A stretch of 64,000 nt of DNA from Candidatus Microgenomatus sp. GTDB lineage: Bacteria > Patescibacteriota > Microgenomatia > UBA8517. Shown here in pieces: positions 1 through 10,170 of this stretch (its first letter is position 1; each line of letters begins with the position of its first letter). The notes beneath the pieces are model-generated. The model searched no databases and was not told the DNA's origin. It worked only from the letters and a program-made list of their open reading frames with translations. The position numbers were made by a program, and so were the translations under genes. The stretch lies in NCBI GenBank assembly GCA_020724585.1, contig DYGS01000001.1:486002-550001 (forward strand), written 5' to 3'.

Positions 1-297
1 ACTAAATTGTCCCGCACCCCATGCGCAAGCGGTTCCAGTTGATTGCGATGGATCATAAGGACAGCCAGCAATTTGACCCGAAACAGAATCTGGATATCGA
101 CCATAATCGGCATAAAATAGTTCTAAAGAATGGGCAATCTGCTTCAAATCGGATTTTCTTTGCGCGTCGCGGCCCCTAACTTGAGCATTTCTAAAACTGC
201 CAACTGCTAGAGCAGCTAAAACACCGATGATCGACATCACAACAAGTAGTTCAATCAGAGTAAACCCTTTTTTATTTCTTAATTTTTCTTTCTTCAT
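1..297 (-). CDS. Type IV pilin/GspG-like protein, 3' end outside the window
   Basis: Read manually, absent from the ORF track: ATG at 297, MKKEKLRNKKG|FTLIELLVVMSIIGVLAAL...GRDAQRKSDLKQI; class III signal peptide. Confidence 0.9.
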   Translation of the reverse strand, partial: MKKEKLRNKKGFTLIELLVVMSIIGVLAALAVGSFRNAQVRGRDAQRKSDLKQIAHSLELFYADYGRYPDSVSGQIAGCPYDPSQSTGTACAWGAGQFS

Positions 298-299
298 TC

Positions 300-812
300 T
301 TAATTAACTCCTCTTCCATAATTACATATTTGGTTGCCACATTGCAAGTTTTGGCTTTCTGTTTCTTTATTGTACTCAGCTTCGGTTTTCCCTTCCAATG
401 AAACATAAATTTGATAATTTTCACCATCTGAAATATATAAGTAGCTTCGACCATCTTTATATGATGGATCGCGCGGAAGTGTTGGCATATTTTCAAAATT
501 TGACTGCCCCCACTCACAAGCGTTGGCATTTACTGGGCGATTTGAATAAGGATCTAGAATCGGATCTTGGCCGTTAAAGCAACCCACTATTTTGCCATCT
601 TCACTTGATAGGGGATAGGTACCGTATTTTGCTAAATACGATTCGAGGCCTTTCTGAAGAGCCGATAGATCATCTTTTCTGGTTGCATCTCTGCCTTTTC
701 TCATAGATATACTTAAATTAAAGCCAAAGACCAAAGTCAAAAATAAAAAAATTATAATTATTATTTTTGTTTCAGTCTTTGTAAATTTTTCTAATTGTTC
801 CATGGCTGACAT
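300..812 (-). CDS. Pilin-like (GspG-type) protein with degenerate prepilin motif
   Basis: N-terminal hydrophobic helix followed by GRDATRKDDLSALQKGLESY...YP, paralogous to neighbouring pilins; C-terminal Cys pair. Confidence 0.75.
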   Translation of the reverse strand: MSAMEQLEKFTKTETKIIIIIFLFLTLVFGFNLSISMRKGRDATRKDDLSALQKGLESYLAKYGTYPLSSEDGKIVGCFNGQDPILDPYSNRPVNANACEWGQSNFENMPTLPRDPSYKDGRSYLYISDGENYQIYVSLEGKTEAEYNKETESQNLQCGNQICNYGRGVN

Positions 813-1447
813 TCATTATTTGGATTAGAACACTGGCCATAACATGTCGGATTTTGGAAATTAGGGTCACAAATCGGCCCAGGGCGATTCGGATCCCATT
901 GTATAAGCGTACAAACACCGCTAAAGCATCCATAAAAATCGGTTTGAGGTTCACCTCCACCACCTGGTGGAGGTGTTGTCTGCGATTCTGCCTCAACAAC
1001 AAGAGGAGCATTAGAACTTGCATATACAAAATTAAAAGCGGAGTTTGGCCCGATACCATTTAGATAGTCAGGATCTGCTTCGTTATCCAGCTTTGTGTAA
1101 ATCCTATACCATTTAGGACACGCCGCATCTTCGTGTTCATAAAAATAGGAGGCGCCAGTTACAGGGTCACAGGGAATTTTGTCGATGTAGGGCGTCAAGC
1201 CATTTCCAGGAGAACAGATAACTAAATTTGGCAAGGGATAACAATTTTTATCTTTTTCATACTCTTCAACGGCTTGACCAATTCGTTTAGCTTCAGCTTT
1301 TCTCCTCGCATCGTAGCTTTTTAATATTTGAGAGCGCAGATAAGTAGTTATTAAAATTGCCAGAAAAGCAATGAGACCAATAACAATTAAGATCTCGGTT
1401 AATGTCAGACCTCTGCCCGTGCTAGCAGGCTTTTTTAAGTATTTCAT
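791..1447 (-). CDS. Type IV pilin-like protein with Cys-rich C-terminal extension
   Basis: RG|LTLTEILIVIGLIAFL prepilin motif; DARRKAE; Pro/Gly linker then Cys-rich tail. Confidence 0.85.
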   Translation of the reverse strand: MKYLKKPASTGRGLTLTEILIVIGLIAFLAILITTYLRSQILKSYDARRKAEAKRIGQAVEEYEKDKNCYPLPNLVICSPGNGLTPYIDKIPCDPVTGASYFYEHEDAACPKWYRIYTKLDNEADPDYLNGIGPNSAFNFVYASSNAPLVVEAESQTTPPPGGGGEPQTDFYGCFSGVCTLIQWDPNRPGPICDPNFQNPTCYGQCSNPNNECQPWNN

Positions 1448-2154
1448 CTAAATAAGGTTATCAACCAAAAAGCTATAATTATAAACGGTCCAAAAGCAAT
1501 TTTTGTTTTTAATTTAGCTCTTTTTAATATTAGCATAATAGCAGAAACTATTCCTCCAATAATAAAAGATAAAGATACAAAATATATTAATTTATTTAGC
1601 CCAACTAACATTCCTAAGGGGATAACCAATTTTACATCTCCCAAACCCATACCACGGCCTTTGGTTACAAAATAAAGTGCAAGTAAGAATAATGAAAAAA
1701 CAAAACCACTGAACAAATAGCTATATGGTGTAAGCTCTAAGCCATATGGTGCATATGGCATATAGCATAAAGCATATAACATTGTTAGCCAAACTAATTC
1801 ATCAGGAATAAATTGATGTTCCAGATCTATAACAAGAATAATTAAGGTAATAGTATATAGTATGTAGTATATCGGGGAAAAACTAAAATAAAACAAAAAC
1901 GAAAAACCAATGGCAGTTGCGAGTTCAATTAGGGGATAACGAATAGAAATTTTTTGATTACAACACCTACTTTTTCCTCCATACAAAATATACGAGAGTA
2001 AAGGAATGTTGTCATACCACAAAAGCTTTACTTTACAGACATCACAAAACGATCTGCCTTTAATAAAATCCATTTTCCTGGGAAGTCTGTAGGTAAAAGC
2101 TCCTAAAAAAGAGCCTACCAACAGACTAATCAGGAATACAAACATAACATCCAT
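1444..2154 (-). CDS. pilD: Prepilin peptidase (A24)
   Basis: GSFL..F.YRLP, RSFCxxC Zn motif, NIPLLSY, ID.EH..IPD, GMGLGDVKL, AFGPF. Confidence 0.95.
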   Translation of the reverse strand: MDVMFVFLISLLVGSFLGAFTYRLPRKMDFIKGRSFCDVCKVKLLWYDNIPLLSYILYGGKSRCCNQKISIRYPLIELATAIGFSFLFYFSFSPIYYILYTITLIILVIDLEHQFIPDELVWLTMLYALCYMPYAPYGLELTPYSYLFSGFVFSLFLLALYFVTKGRGMGLGDVKLVIPLGMLVGLNKLIYFVSLSFIIGGIVSAIMLILKRAKLKTKIAFGPFIIIAFWLITLFR

Positions 2155-2728
2155 TTGTTGTCCAGTTTACACCAGATCCATCGCCATTTGCACCATCACA
2201 TGTCGTAACGGGGCTTCCCCTTTCGCCAGTTGTTGTATTTGGCTGATAAACCTTACCATCTCTGACTGCTGTCTGTTTAGTAGAATTGGCAAGTGGTATA
2301 AAACATGCATAAACCGAAGCTGAAGACCCTGTTTCTTTACCTATTAAAATCTGCTTGTCTATTCCAGTTGCGCTTTTTTGAATAAAGTCTCGGCTTCTAA
2401 ATTCGGTTTTCATTTCATTTGTTGTGATCAAAACGCCGTCTGCCGCACATGTTGCGCCGCAAACACCTGCCTCTTGATCCGCTGCGGTCACAAATCCAAA
2501 CGGATCCTCTGTATCGTAACTCGAATTAACCGTCATCCAAGGAAATTCGGAATTGGCTGCAAAATATCTGTCTATTGCAGATATTAATTGGCCTCCATCA
2601 GATTTAAATCTTGTGTCTCTTGCACGATTGGCCTGTTCAATAGGGTTTATTGCCGCAATAACAATTAGTGCAATTGCCCCAAGAAGGCCTATGACAATCA
2701 AAAGTTCAACAAGAGTAAAACCGCGCAA
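2126..2728 (-). CDS. Type IV pilin, probably the major pilin (true start may be ATT at 2758)
   Basis: RG|FTLVELLIVIGLLGAIA...AINPIEQ; strong SD AGGAGGTGA at 2765-2773. Confidence 0.9.
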   Translation of the reverse strand: MRGFTLVELLIVIGLLGAIALIVIAAINPIEQANRARDTRFKSDGGQLISAIDRYFAANSEFPWMTVNSSYDTEDPFGFVTAADQEAGVCGATCAADGVLITTNEMKTEFRSRDFIQKSATGIDKQILIGKETGSSASVYACFIPLANSTKQTAVRDGKVYQPNTTTGERGSPVTTCDGANGDGSGVNWTTNGCYVCIPD

Positions 2729-2793
2729 GTTATTAATTTTTAATTTATATTTATTAATTGTTGTTCACCTCCTTCATATTTAAGTATCAATCT

Positions 2794-3999
2794 TTAAAAT
2801 TGAGATGTCAAGTTATATATTGGCAAAATGATGGCAATTACCAAAAATCCTACACCCAGGCCAAGTATAACCATAACAATTGGCTCAATGGCTGAAGTCA
2901 ATGTTTTAACTTTTTGGTCTGATTCAACCGCAAAAACATGACTGACTTTTGACAAAACTTCCTCCATTTTTCCCGTTTCCTCTCCGACTGCAACCATCTG
3001 CGAGAGGATAAAAGGAAACGCTTCCGGATGTTTTGCAAAAGCGAAAGAGACAGGGAAACCTTTTTCAACCTGTCTTGAAACATCTTTCAGGGCATTTGAT
3101 ATAACTGCGTTGCCCACAACTTCTGATGTAATATTTAAGCCCTCTAAGATTGAAACTCCCGCACCAGTCATCAAAGAAAGGGTGCTTGTAAGCTCAGTTA
3201 ATACTACTTGTTTTTGAAGCTCGCCTATAACCGGAATTTTAAAAAGCAACTCGTCAGTTTTTAATTTTCCCTCGGGAGTCTTTCTATACGCTAAAAATGC
3301 ATATATAGCAAAAACAACCAGTGATAAAGTAACCGGCCAAAATTTAATCACAGCGTTTGAAATTCCTATTAAAATTTTCGTAGGAAGGGGAAGTTCTGTG
3401 TTAAATTCAGAATAAAGCGAAGTCAGCCGAGGAATAACAAATATCATCATTATGAAAGCTACGACAATCATACCGATAATTATTATTGCGGGGTAAATTA
3501 AAGCTCCTTTTACTTTACCTTTAAATTCTTGTTGCTTTTCCAAGTCATCAGCCAGTTTAACTAAAACTGTGTCCAAAACTCCACCGACCTCTCCCGATTT
3601 TACAAGAGCAATATAAGTTGGAGTAAAAACATTAGGATGCTTGGTTATGGCCTTTGAAAGTGACTCTCCACCCTCCACATCAGCCAATATCTGTGAAACA
3701 ACTTTGCCCATTGAGCCTTTTGCTTGAGAACGAAGAATTAGAAGTGCTTCTGTAATAGGAAGCCCAGCATTAACCATTGTTGCAAACTGCCGAGTAAAAG
3801 TTGCTATATCAGATGGCGTTATCCTGTCTTTGATCCTTTTAACAAAAGCTAAGGGACCCTCAAAAACTGGCTTGACTGATAAAACCAATAACCCCTTGCC
3901 GCGAACAAGTTTGGCCGCATTTGATTCGTTCACAGCTTCAACCTCACCGGTTATTATCTTACCTTCTTTGTTTTTTGCTTTGTAAATAAATCTTTTCAT
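2794..3999 (-). CDS. pilC: Type IV pilus platform protein PilC/GspF
   Basis: FTRQFATMVNAGLPI, GEVGGVLD, YP..I, GEETGKM, IEPI, LPIY motifs. Confidence 0.95.
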   Translation of the reverse strand: MKRFIYKAKNKEGKIITGEVEAVNESNAAKLVRGKGLLVLSVKPVFEGPLAFVKRIKDRITPSDIATFTRQFATMVNAGLPITEALLILRSQAKGSMGKVVSQILADVEGGESLSKAITKHPNVFTPTYIALVKSGEVGGVLDTVLVKLADDLEKQQEFKGKVKGALIYPAIIIIGMIVVAFIMMIFVIPRLTSLYSEFNTELPLPTKILIGISNAVIKFWPVTLSLVVFAIYAFLAYRKTPEGKLKTDELLFKIPVIGELQKQVVLTELTSTLSLMTGAGVSILEGLNITSEVVGNAVISNALKDVSRQVEKGFPVSFAFAKHPEAFPFILSQMVAVGEETGKMEEVLSKVSHVFAVESDQKVKTLTSAIEPIVMVILGLGVGFLVIAIILPIYNLTSQF

Positions 4000-4009
4000 G
4001 AAAAATAAC

Positions 4010-5074
4010 CTATAAGGAGCCTTTGACTAAACGATTTAGCTCTTCCGGCCGAAGCGACCATTCTTTGGCAATTTCCAATGTAATTTTTCCCGATTTAACC
4101 AATTGAGCAAGAGAGTGCTCGAGAGTTGCCATGCCCGTCTCAAGAGAGGTTTGTATTATTGAATCAATTTGATGAGTTTTTCCATCTCTTATCGCCGTTT
4201 TTATGGCAGTCGTACCAAGCATTACTTCATGGGCAACAACCCTACCACCGCCAACAGCAGAAATTAAGCGCTGAGAAAAAACGGCTTCCAAAATTGATGA
4301 CAGCTGCAGTCTAACTTGTGATTGCTGATCCTCGGGAAAGACATCTACAATTCTATCAACTGTTTGAGCAGCTGAATTTGTATGAAGCGTTGCAAAAACC
4401 AAATGACCAGTCTCAGCAATCGTCATGGCCGACTGTATAGTTTCAAAGTCGCGCATCTCGCCGACTAAAACAACATCGGGATCTTCGCGAAGAACCGACC
4501 TTAATGCAACTTGCCATGAATGTGTATCTGAACGCATTTCCCTTTGGGAAATAATTGACTTTATTGGTTTAAAGACAAACTCAACAGGATCTTCAATTGT
4601 AACAATATGGGTTGATCTGGTTTTGTTTATCTCATTTATTATCCCTGCTAATGTGGTTGATTTACCGTGCCCCGTGGGGCCTGTTACCAATACAAGCCCT
4701 TGGCGGAGAGTTGTAAAACTTGTTGCAACTTTTGGAAGTCCGAGTGTTGCAAGTTCAGGAATTTCAAGCGGAATCCGTCTGAAGGCAGCTGCCATTGAAC
4801 CTTTTTGGGTATAGGCATTTACTCTAAATCTTGCCTTGTCAGAAAATGAAAGTGAAAAATCAATTTCTTTATTAACCGTTAATCTTTCAAACTGCTCTCC
4901 GGTTAAGATCCCTTTTAGCCCTTCGGAAATTAGATCGGGAGTTAAAATACCGGAGTCGGGGAGTGACTTTAATTCGCCGTCAATTCTAACAGTTGGAGGA
5001 ACACCAGAAACCAAATGCAAATCTGATGCTTTTAAATCAATTGTCTGCTGCAACAAATGTTTTACATCAATCAT
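4010..5074 (-). CDS. pilT: Pilus retraction ATPase PilT
   Basis: ASDLHL, GPTGHGKSTT, TIEDPVE, LREDPDVVLVGEMRD, AETGHLVFATLHT, AIRDGK. Confidence 0.95.
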   Translation of the reverse strand: MIDVKHLLQQTIDLKASDLHLVSGVPPTVRIDGELKSLPDSGILTPDLISEGLKGILTGEQFERLTVNKEIDFSLSFSDKARFRVNAYTQKGSMAAAFRRIPLEIPELATLGLPKVATSFTTLRQGLVLVTGPTGHGKSTTLAGIINEINKTRSTHIVTIEDPVEFVFKPIKSIISQREMRSDTHSWQVALRSVLREDPDVVLVGEMRDFETIQSAMTIAETGHLVFATLHTNSAAQTVDRIVDVFPEDQQSQVRLQLSSILEAVFSQRLISAVGGGRVVAHEVMLGTTAIKTAIRDGKTHQIDSIIQTSLETGMATLEHSLAQLVKSGKITLEIAKEWSLRPEELNRLVKGSL

Positions 5075-5090
5075 ATAAATTAACTATATA

Positions 5091-6800
5091 CTACTCTTGG
5101 GCAACCCTCAATATCTCCTCAATTGATGTTTCCCCGGCCAAAACCTTTAAAAATCCATCCTGCTTCAAAGTAATCATGCCTTCTTCCCGGGCTTTCTTTT
5201 CAATAGCTGACGCCGGCGCCCGCTCCAAAATTAATTTGCCTATAGAGTCGGTAACAGGTAGCACTTCAAAAATTCCAACTCTGCCGTAATAACCGGTCAT
5301 ACCGCATTCTTGACAGCCTTTACCTCTATAAAACTTCACCTCTTTATCACTGGGAAAGTAAGATCCTAAGACAGCTTTCATTTCTTCTAAAACTTTAGGA
5401 TCGGGGGCAAAACTTTCTTTGCAAGCATCATGAACCTTTCTGGCAACTCTTTGAGCCACAATTGCAGTCATCGAAGATGTTAAAAGATAAGGCTCGGCTC
5501 CCATATCCAAAAGACGGGGGAGTGCACCAGATGAATTATTTGTATGCAGTGTTGAAAAAACCAAATGACCGGTTAAAGATGCTTGGATTGCCAGGTCGGC
5601 GGTTTCCTGATCTCTGATTTCTCCAACTAAAATAATATTGGGATCCTGTCTTAAAAATGCACGCAGTCCCGATGCAAAAGTCAGCCCAACCTGAGGATTT
5701 ATTTGTACCTGATTAACGCCTGCAATCTTGTATTCAATCGGGTCTTCCAAAGTCACGATATTTACCTTGGGAGTATTTACTTTTGAAATTATTGAATAAA
5801 GCGTTGTTGTTTTACCTGAACCCGTTGGGCCGCAAATTATAATTATTCCGTGCGGTCTTAAAATTGCCTCCTGCAAATTTGCCAAGGCTTTGCCGCGAAG
5901 GCCCAGAGTTTGAAGCTCAGGCACGCCCCCGGTTTTTTTAAGAAGTCTCATCACAATTTTTTCACCCCAGGTAGTCGGCAGGGTGGACACACGAAGATCA
6001 GTATCCGTATCATTGGCTTTAAAATTAAATCTACCGTCTTGAGGAATTCTTTTCTCGTCAATTTTTAATCCCGACAGTATTTTGATTCTTGAAACCAGTG
6101 AATCGTGAAGTTCTTTTGGAATTGTCAGCTTTTCATACAAAATTCCATCAATCCTATATCTGACTCTTGTTGCCCGTTCTTCGGGTTCAATATGAATATC
6201 CGAGGATCTTGATTTGACCGCAAATTCCAAAATATGGTTTACGATCTCCGATATTTTTTCCTCCCTTATAAATCCAACCTTCAAGTTTTGTAAAGGACTT
6301 ACCTTTTTCTCGGGAGCAACTTCTTTTAAAGCCTCTGTTACCTCTTGGGACAAAGAGGTTGCATATCTGGTTGAAATAATATCATTGAGTTTATCAGGCT
6401 CAACAGCTGCAGGTTTAACACGGAGACCAGTTTTTCTTTCAACAAATTCAATGGCAGTTAAATCCATTGGATCTGCCATAGCCAGAGTTATGGTTCTGCC
6501 TACCTTGTCAACTGAAAGCGGAAAAACATTGAATTTCAAAGAAACCTCTTGAGACAAAATCGACATTGCCTCAGGAGAAGCGGGGGAGGTGGCCAGATCA
6601 ACAAAAGGAATGTTATAAAGAGTTGCCTTGGCCTTGACTATATCGACTGAATTTACTAAATTTTGTTTTCTTAAGATTTCTTCCTGAGTCGTACCATATT
6701 GAACCTCGGCTAATTTTACCTGCTCAGCACGAGTTTTGTCCAACACACCCATTGAAACTAGGATATCGGCAAGATTTGTCCCCTGGGCAGTGTTTGACAT
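5091..6800 (-). CDS. pilB: Pilus assembly ATPase PilB/GspE
   Basis: SDIHIEP, PQDGR, GPTGSGKTTT, LRQDPNIILVGEIRD, Zn-binding Cys motif. Confidence 0.95.
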   Translation of the reverse strand: MSNTAQGTNLADILVSMGVLDKTRAEQVKLAEVQYGTTQEEILRKQNLVNSVDIVKAKATLYNIPFVDLATSPASPEAMSILSQEVSLKFNVFPLSVDKVGRTITLAMADPMDLTAIEFVERKTGLRVKPAAVEPDKLNDIISTRYATSLSQEVTEALKEVAPEKKVSPLQNLKVGFIREEKISEIVNHILEFAVKSRSSDIHIEPEERATRVRYRIDGILYEKLTIPKELHDSLVSRIKILSGLKIDEKRIPQDGRFNFKANDTDTDLRVSTLPTTWGEKIVMRLLKKTGGVPELQTLGLRGKALANLQEAILRPHGIIIICGPTGSGKTTTLYSIISKVNTPKVNIVTLEDPIEYKIAGVNQVQINPQVGLTFASGLRAFLRQDPNIILVGEIRDQETADLAIQASLTGHLVFSTLHTNNSSGALPRLLDMGAEPYLLTSSMTAIVAQRVARKVHDACKESFAPDPKVLEEMKAVLGSYFPSDKEVKFYRGKGCQECGMTGYYGRVGIFEVLPVTDSIGKLILERAPASAIEKKAREEGMITLKQDGFLKVLAGETSIEEILRVAQE

Positions 6801-7093
6801 AACATCATTATGAACTATTTTTTGGAGAAATGGTATACCTTTAATTAATCAGTCAGATTTTTTGCAGAAACAAATTCAAATTCAATACTATGTCACCTAA
6901 AATATCATCTATGGCGTGAAAGATGAAGGATGTTAATCGATTAAAAGAAATTCTTTGGATATCTAAAATCTAAATTTAATATTTCCAAGATATTTTTTGA
7001 CAATTCTAGAAAAATTTAGATTTGCATTCAGAGAACCTTTGTTCTCCCATAGTTTGGGAAATAGTAAATTTTGGTATATAATTCGCTTAATTT

Positions 7094-7888
7094 ATGGCTG
7101 AAAGAGTAACTTCTATTCTCTATAGAACTTATAGCGGTGAAAACAAAGCTCCTCGCCCTGATTGGTACTCCAAAGAACTATGTCTTAAAAGTATGTTAGT
7201 TTCGTATGACCTTTTGAAACAGCAACTTCCTGCAAATTTTACACTTATGTTTGACGGTGAGCTGAACCCTCACGATGAGTGGGCAAAAACATTAAAAAGA
7301 ATGGTGGAACCACGAGGGCTTATAGTGGAAAAAACGCACCAGGGAAATTGCGAGACAACTATGAATGCTATATATCAAGCCTCAGAGTACCCTGATAATC
7401 AAGTGGTAGTAATAGCGGAAGATGATTATCTATGGCTAGCACCTTCGTTGATCGGGCTTTATCATTCTCTCACTGAATTGCCAGCTCATTATTCCACTCC
7501 ATATGATCACCCAGTAAGATATCAACCTGATTACCCTTTAGGGGCAGATTATCCACATTGGCACAATACCATTTATGTCACATCAGAAAGGCATTGGAGA
7601 ACTCAAGAGTCAACCTGCATGACTTTTGCATCAATCTCAGGAACTTTGCGAGATGATCTGGAATATTTTGAAAAATACAAAGATAACGGTAAAGGAAAAC
7701 CAGAAGACAGGGAGTTGTTCAGAGAAATGCAAGGCCTAGAGGCTTATCAATATAAGCATCCTGATACACCCCGAATTCTTGTTGGACCGATGCCTTCATT
7801 GGCAACACACGCACACCTGCCATGGCTTGCACCACTTATAGATTGGGAAACAGAAGCAAGAAGAGTTAATGATATAAAGTTAGAATAA
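7094..7888 (+). CDS. Putative GT-A-fold glycosyltransferase-like protein
   Basis: VVVIAEDDY (DxD-like) motif, STCMTFA and PSLATH motifs; first gene of a glycan cluster. Confidence 0.55.
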   Translation: MAERVTSILYRTYSGENKAPRPDWYSKELCLKSMLVSYDLLKQQLPANFTLMFDGELNPHDEWAKTLKRMVEPRGLIVEKTHQGNCETTMNAIYQASEYPDNQVVVIAEDDYLWLAPSLIGLYHSLTELPAHYSTPYDHPVRYQPDYPLGADYPHWHNTIYVTSERHWRTQESTCMTFASISGTLRDDLEYFEKYKDNGKGKPEDRELFREMQGLEAYQYKHPDTPRILVGPMPSLATHAHLPWLAPLIDWETEARRVNDIKLE

Positions 7889-7891
7889 AAT

Positions 7892-9055
7892 ATGAATGTA
7901 AAAATTGCTGTTATTGGAGGAGGAATCGCTGGCTTATCAATTGCTCGTGATTTGGCTTTGAGAGGTTTTGATATTACTCTTTTTGATAAACAAAAAATAG
8001 GTAATGGAACAACCACTCAGTGCGCGGGAATGCTCCACTCAGGTGCAAGGTACGCAACTAAAAATTTAAGGACAGCAAAGCTCTGTTTGCAAGAAAACAG
8101 AATAGTACAAAAAATTGTTCCTCATGCGGTTGGTAAACAGAAAGCTTATTTCGTAAGATACACAGATGATGAGCCTGAATATGAAAAGAACTTCGTTGAA
8201 AGCTGCAAAAAGGTTGGAATTCCGATTAAGAAAATATCTGGTGATTACGCAAAACAAAATGAACCAATGTTAGGGCCACAGATAAGTCATGCGTTTGAGA
8301 CACCTGACAAAGTAATCGATACTTTCACTCTCGTATTCTCTTATTTTTATGACTTAAAGAAACGAAGTAATGTAAAAATATACGAAAATACAGAAATTAA
8401 GTCTGCGAAATTTGACAAAGACAAATGGGAGATGAAAACAAATAAGGCCACTTTTAGTTTCGACTTTGTAATCAATTCCTCTGGAGACGGTTTAACTCAA
8501 GTTAGTAAGTTATTTGGACGGAATATCGAGCTTTCTTACATCTACGGCTCAATGGCCCTATTTAGTGGCAGATTAAGCTCACGGATAATTACAAGGTGTG
8601 CTCCAAATGCCACGGGAGATGTTATAGTTCCTGCACACAAATATACACTTATTGGATCAACCTGGCACGAGAGAGACAAAAGAAGCGTGGTTAAAATCAA
8701 CAAGGAAGACGAAAAAGAGATAAGAGAAATCGCAGGGAATATGATTCCAAAAGCGAGAGACTCAAAACTGTTGTCTAGCTTAACCAGCGTACGGACTCAT
8801 TTAAGAGATGATTCTTACTCCGATTCTTTTGGTAATAAAAGAGACTTCCTTATACTTGAGCATCAAGACAACGGTAAATATATTAATCTCCTGAGCGTAT
8901 TACCTGGAAAAATGACTATAGCAAGATATGTAGCTGAGCAAGTTGGGGATATTGTATGTAAGAGACTAAATATCAAGAAGAAATCAAAAACGGCAATTAC
9001 ACCAATAAAAAAGCCAATAAATATTTCAAGAAGGTTCAAATTTTATATTAGTTAA
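7892..9055 (+). CDS. FAD-dependent oxidoreductase, glycerol-3-phosphate dehydrogenase (GlpA-like)
   Basis: IGGGIAG, ARDLALRG, GTTTQCAGMLHSGARY, LIGST, GKMTIARYVAE. Confidence 0.85.
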   Translation: MNVKIAVIGGGIAGLSIARDLALRGFDITLFDKQKIGNGTTTQCAGMLHSGARYATKNLRTAKLCLQENRIVQKIVPHAVGKQKAYFVRYTDDEPEYEKNFVESCKKVGIPIKKISGDYAKQNEPMLGPQISHAFETPDKVIDTFTLVFSYFYDLKKRSNVKIYENTEIKSAKFDKDKWEMKTNKATFSFDFVINSSGDGLTQVSKLFGRNIELSYIYGSMALFSGRLSSRIITRCAPNATGDVIVPAHKYTLIGSTWHERDKRSVVKINKEDEKEIREIAGNMIPKARDSKLLSSLTSVRTHLRDDSYSDSFGNKRDFLILEHQDNGKYINLLSVLPGKMTIARYVAEQVGDIVCKRLNIKKKSKTAITPIKKPINISRRFKFYIS

Positions 9056-9063
9056 ATCCATAT

Positions 9064-10170
9064 ATGAATAAAAAGAATGCTTGGCAAATTTTATTTACAC
9101 CAGGTCCTGTTGGAGTTAAAAAAAGTGTATTAAAAGAGCTTTCAAAACCAATTCTATTTCATAGAACCAAACCCTTTGAGCAGGTTTACGCGCAAGTAAG
9201 CACTAAACTTAATAGAGTGTTTGATGCTAATGACAAATACTGCACATTAATAATGTCAGGCTCGGGAACTATGGCTAACGAGTCTGTTGTTATTAGTTTA
9301 ATAAACACTGATCAAAAGCTATTAATTGTTTCTAATGGACAATTTGGAGAAAGACTTGCCACAATAGCAAGTGTTCACAATACTAAGCACAAAGTGCTAA
9401 ATTTTGGTTGGGCAAATCCTATCAATATTTCAGAGCTAGAGAAAAAAATAAAAGTGTACAAACCAAACTGGCTTTTTGTGACTCTTCTTGAAACTAGTAC
9501 TGGTATGGCTAACCCCATAAATGAGATTGGAATGTTATGTAAAAAATATCACATAGATCTTTTCGTTGACGCTGTAAGCGGACTTGGAGCCGAACGACTC
9601 TCCATGATTAAAGACAACATAAGTGTGTGTACTTCAGTCCCAAATAAAGCATTAGAGGCACCATCGGGACTAAGTTTTATATGTGTGAGGAGAAACTTGT
9701 TGGATGAAATACATGAGACAAAAAGCTATTATCTTGATCTTAAACGGTATTATGTATCATCACTTAAAAATCAAACACCAACTACCCCTGCACTACCAAA
9801 TTTCGTATCACTTAATAAAGCACTCGATCTCTTACTAAAAGAGGGTGTAAACGGTCGCAGAAAAAGATATCTTAGACTTTCTAGCAAAGTTATGAAATTA
9901 TGCAAATCCTTAAATATTCCAATATTAATAACTACCAAAAAGTATAAAGCGAGTGCCATAACAACTTTAGTATTACCTAGTCACGAGGTGGCTGAAAAAT
10001 TATCCCTTTATTTATTAAAGAAAGGGATGACTGTATGGCACCACGACTATAAACAGGAAGATCCCCGCATGAATAGCCTTATGCAAATCTCCATTATGGG
10101 AGATATTAACTCGTTAGATATAGATAGATTATTTACGGAGATTAAGAACTTCAATATTTATGGCAAGTAA
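9064..10170 (+). CDS. PLP class V aminotransferase (AEP/serine-pyruvate transaminase family)
   Basis: LFTPGP, GSGTMANES, NGQFGERL, ETSTGMANP, VDAVSGLG, PNKALEAPSG, QTPTTP. Confidence 0.9.
   Translation: MNKKNAWQILFTPGPVGVKKSVLKELSKPILFHRTKPFEQVYAQVSTKLNRVFDANDKYCTLIMSGSGTMANESVVISLINTDQKLLIVSNGQFGERLATIASVHNTKHKVLNFGWANPINISELEKKIKVYKPNWLFVTLLETSTGMANPINEIGMLCKKYHIDLFVDAVSGLGAERLSMIKDNISVCTSVPNKALEAPSGLSFICVRRNLLDEIHETKSYYLDLKRYYVSSLKNQTPTTPALPNFVSLNKALDLLLKEGVNGRRKRYLRLSSKVMKLCKSLNIPILITTKKYKASAITTLVLPSHEVAEKLSLYLLKKGMTVWHHDYKQEDPRMNSLMQISIMGDINSLDIDRLFTEIKNFNIYGK

Noticed and set aside
6846-6975. Possible gene remnant between pilB and the glycan cluster
   Set aside because: All frames are short or interrupted and no homology is recognisable by eye
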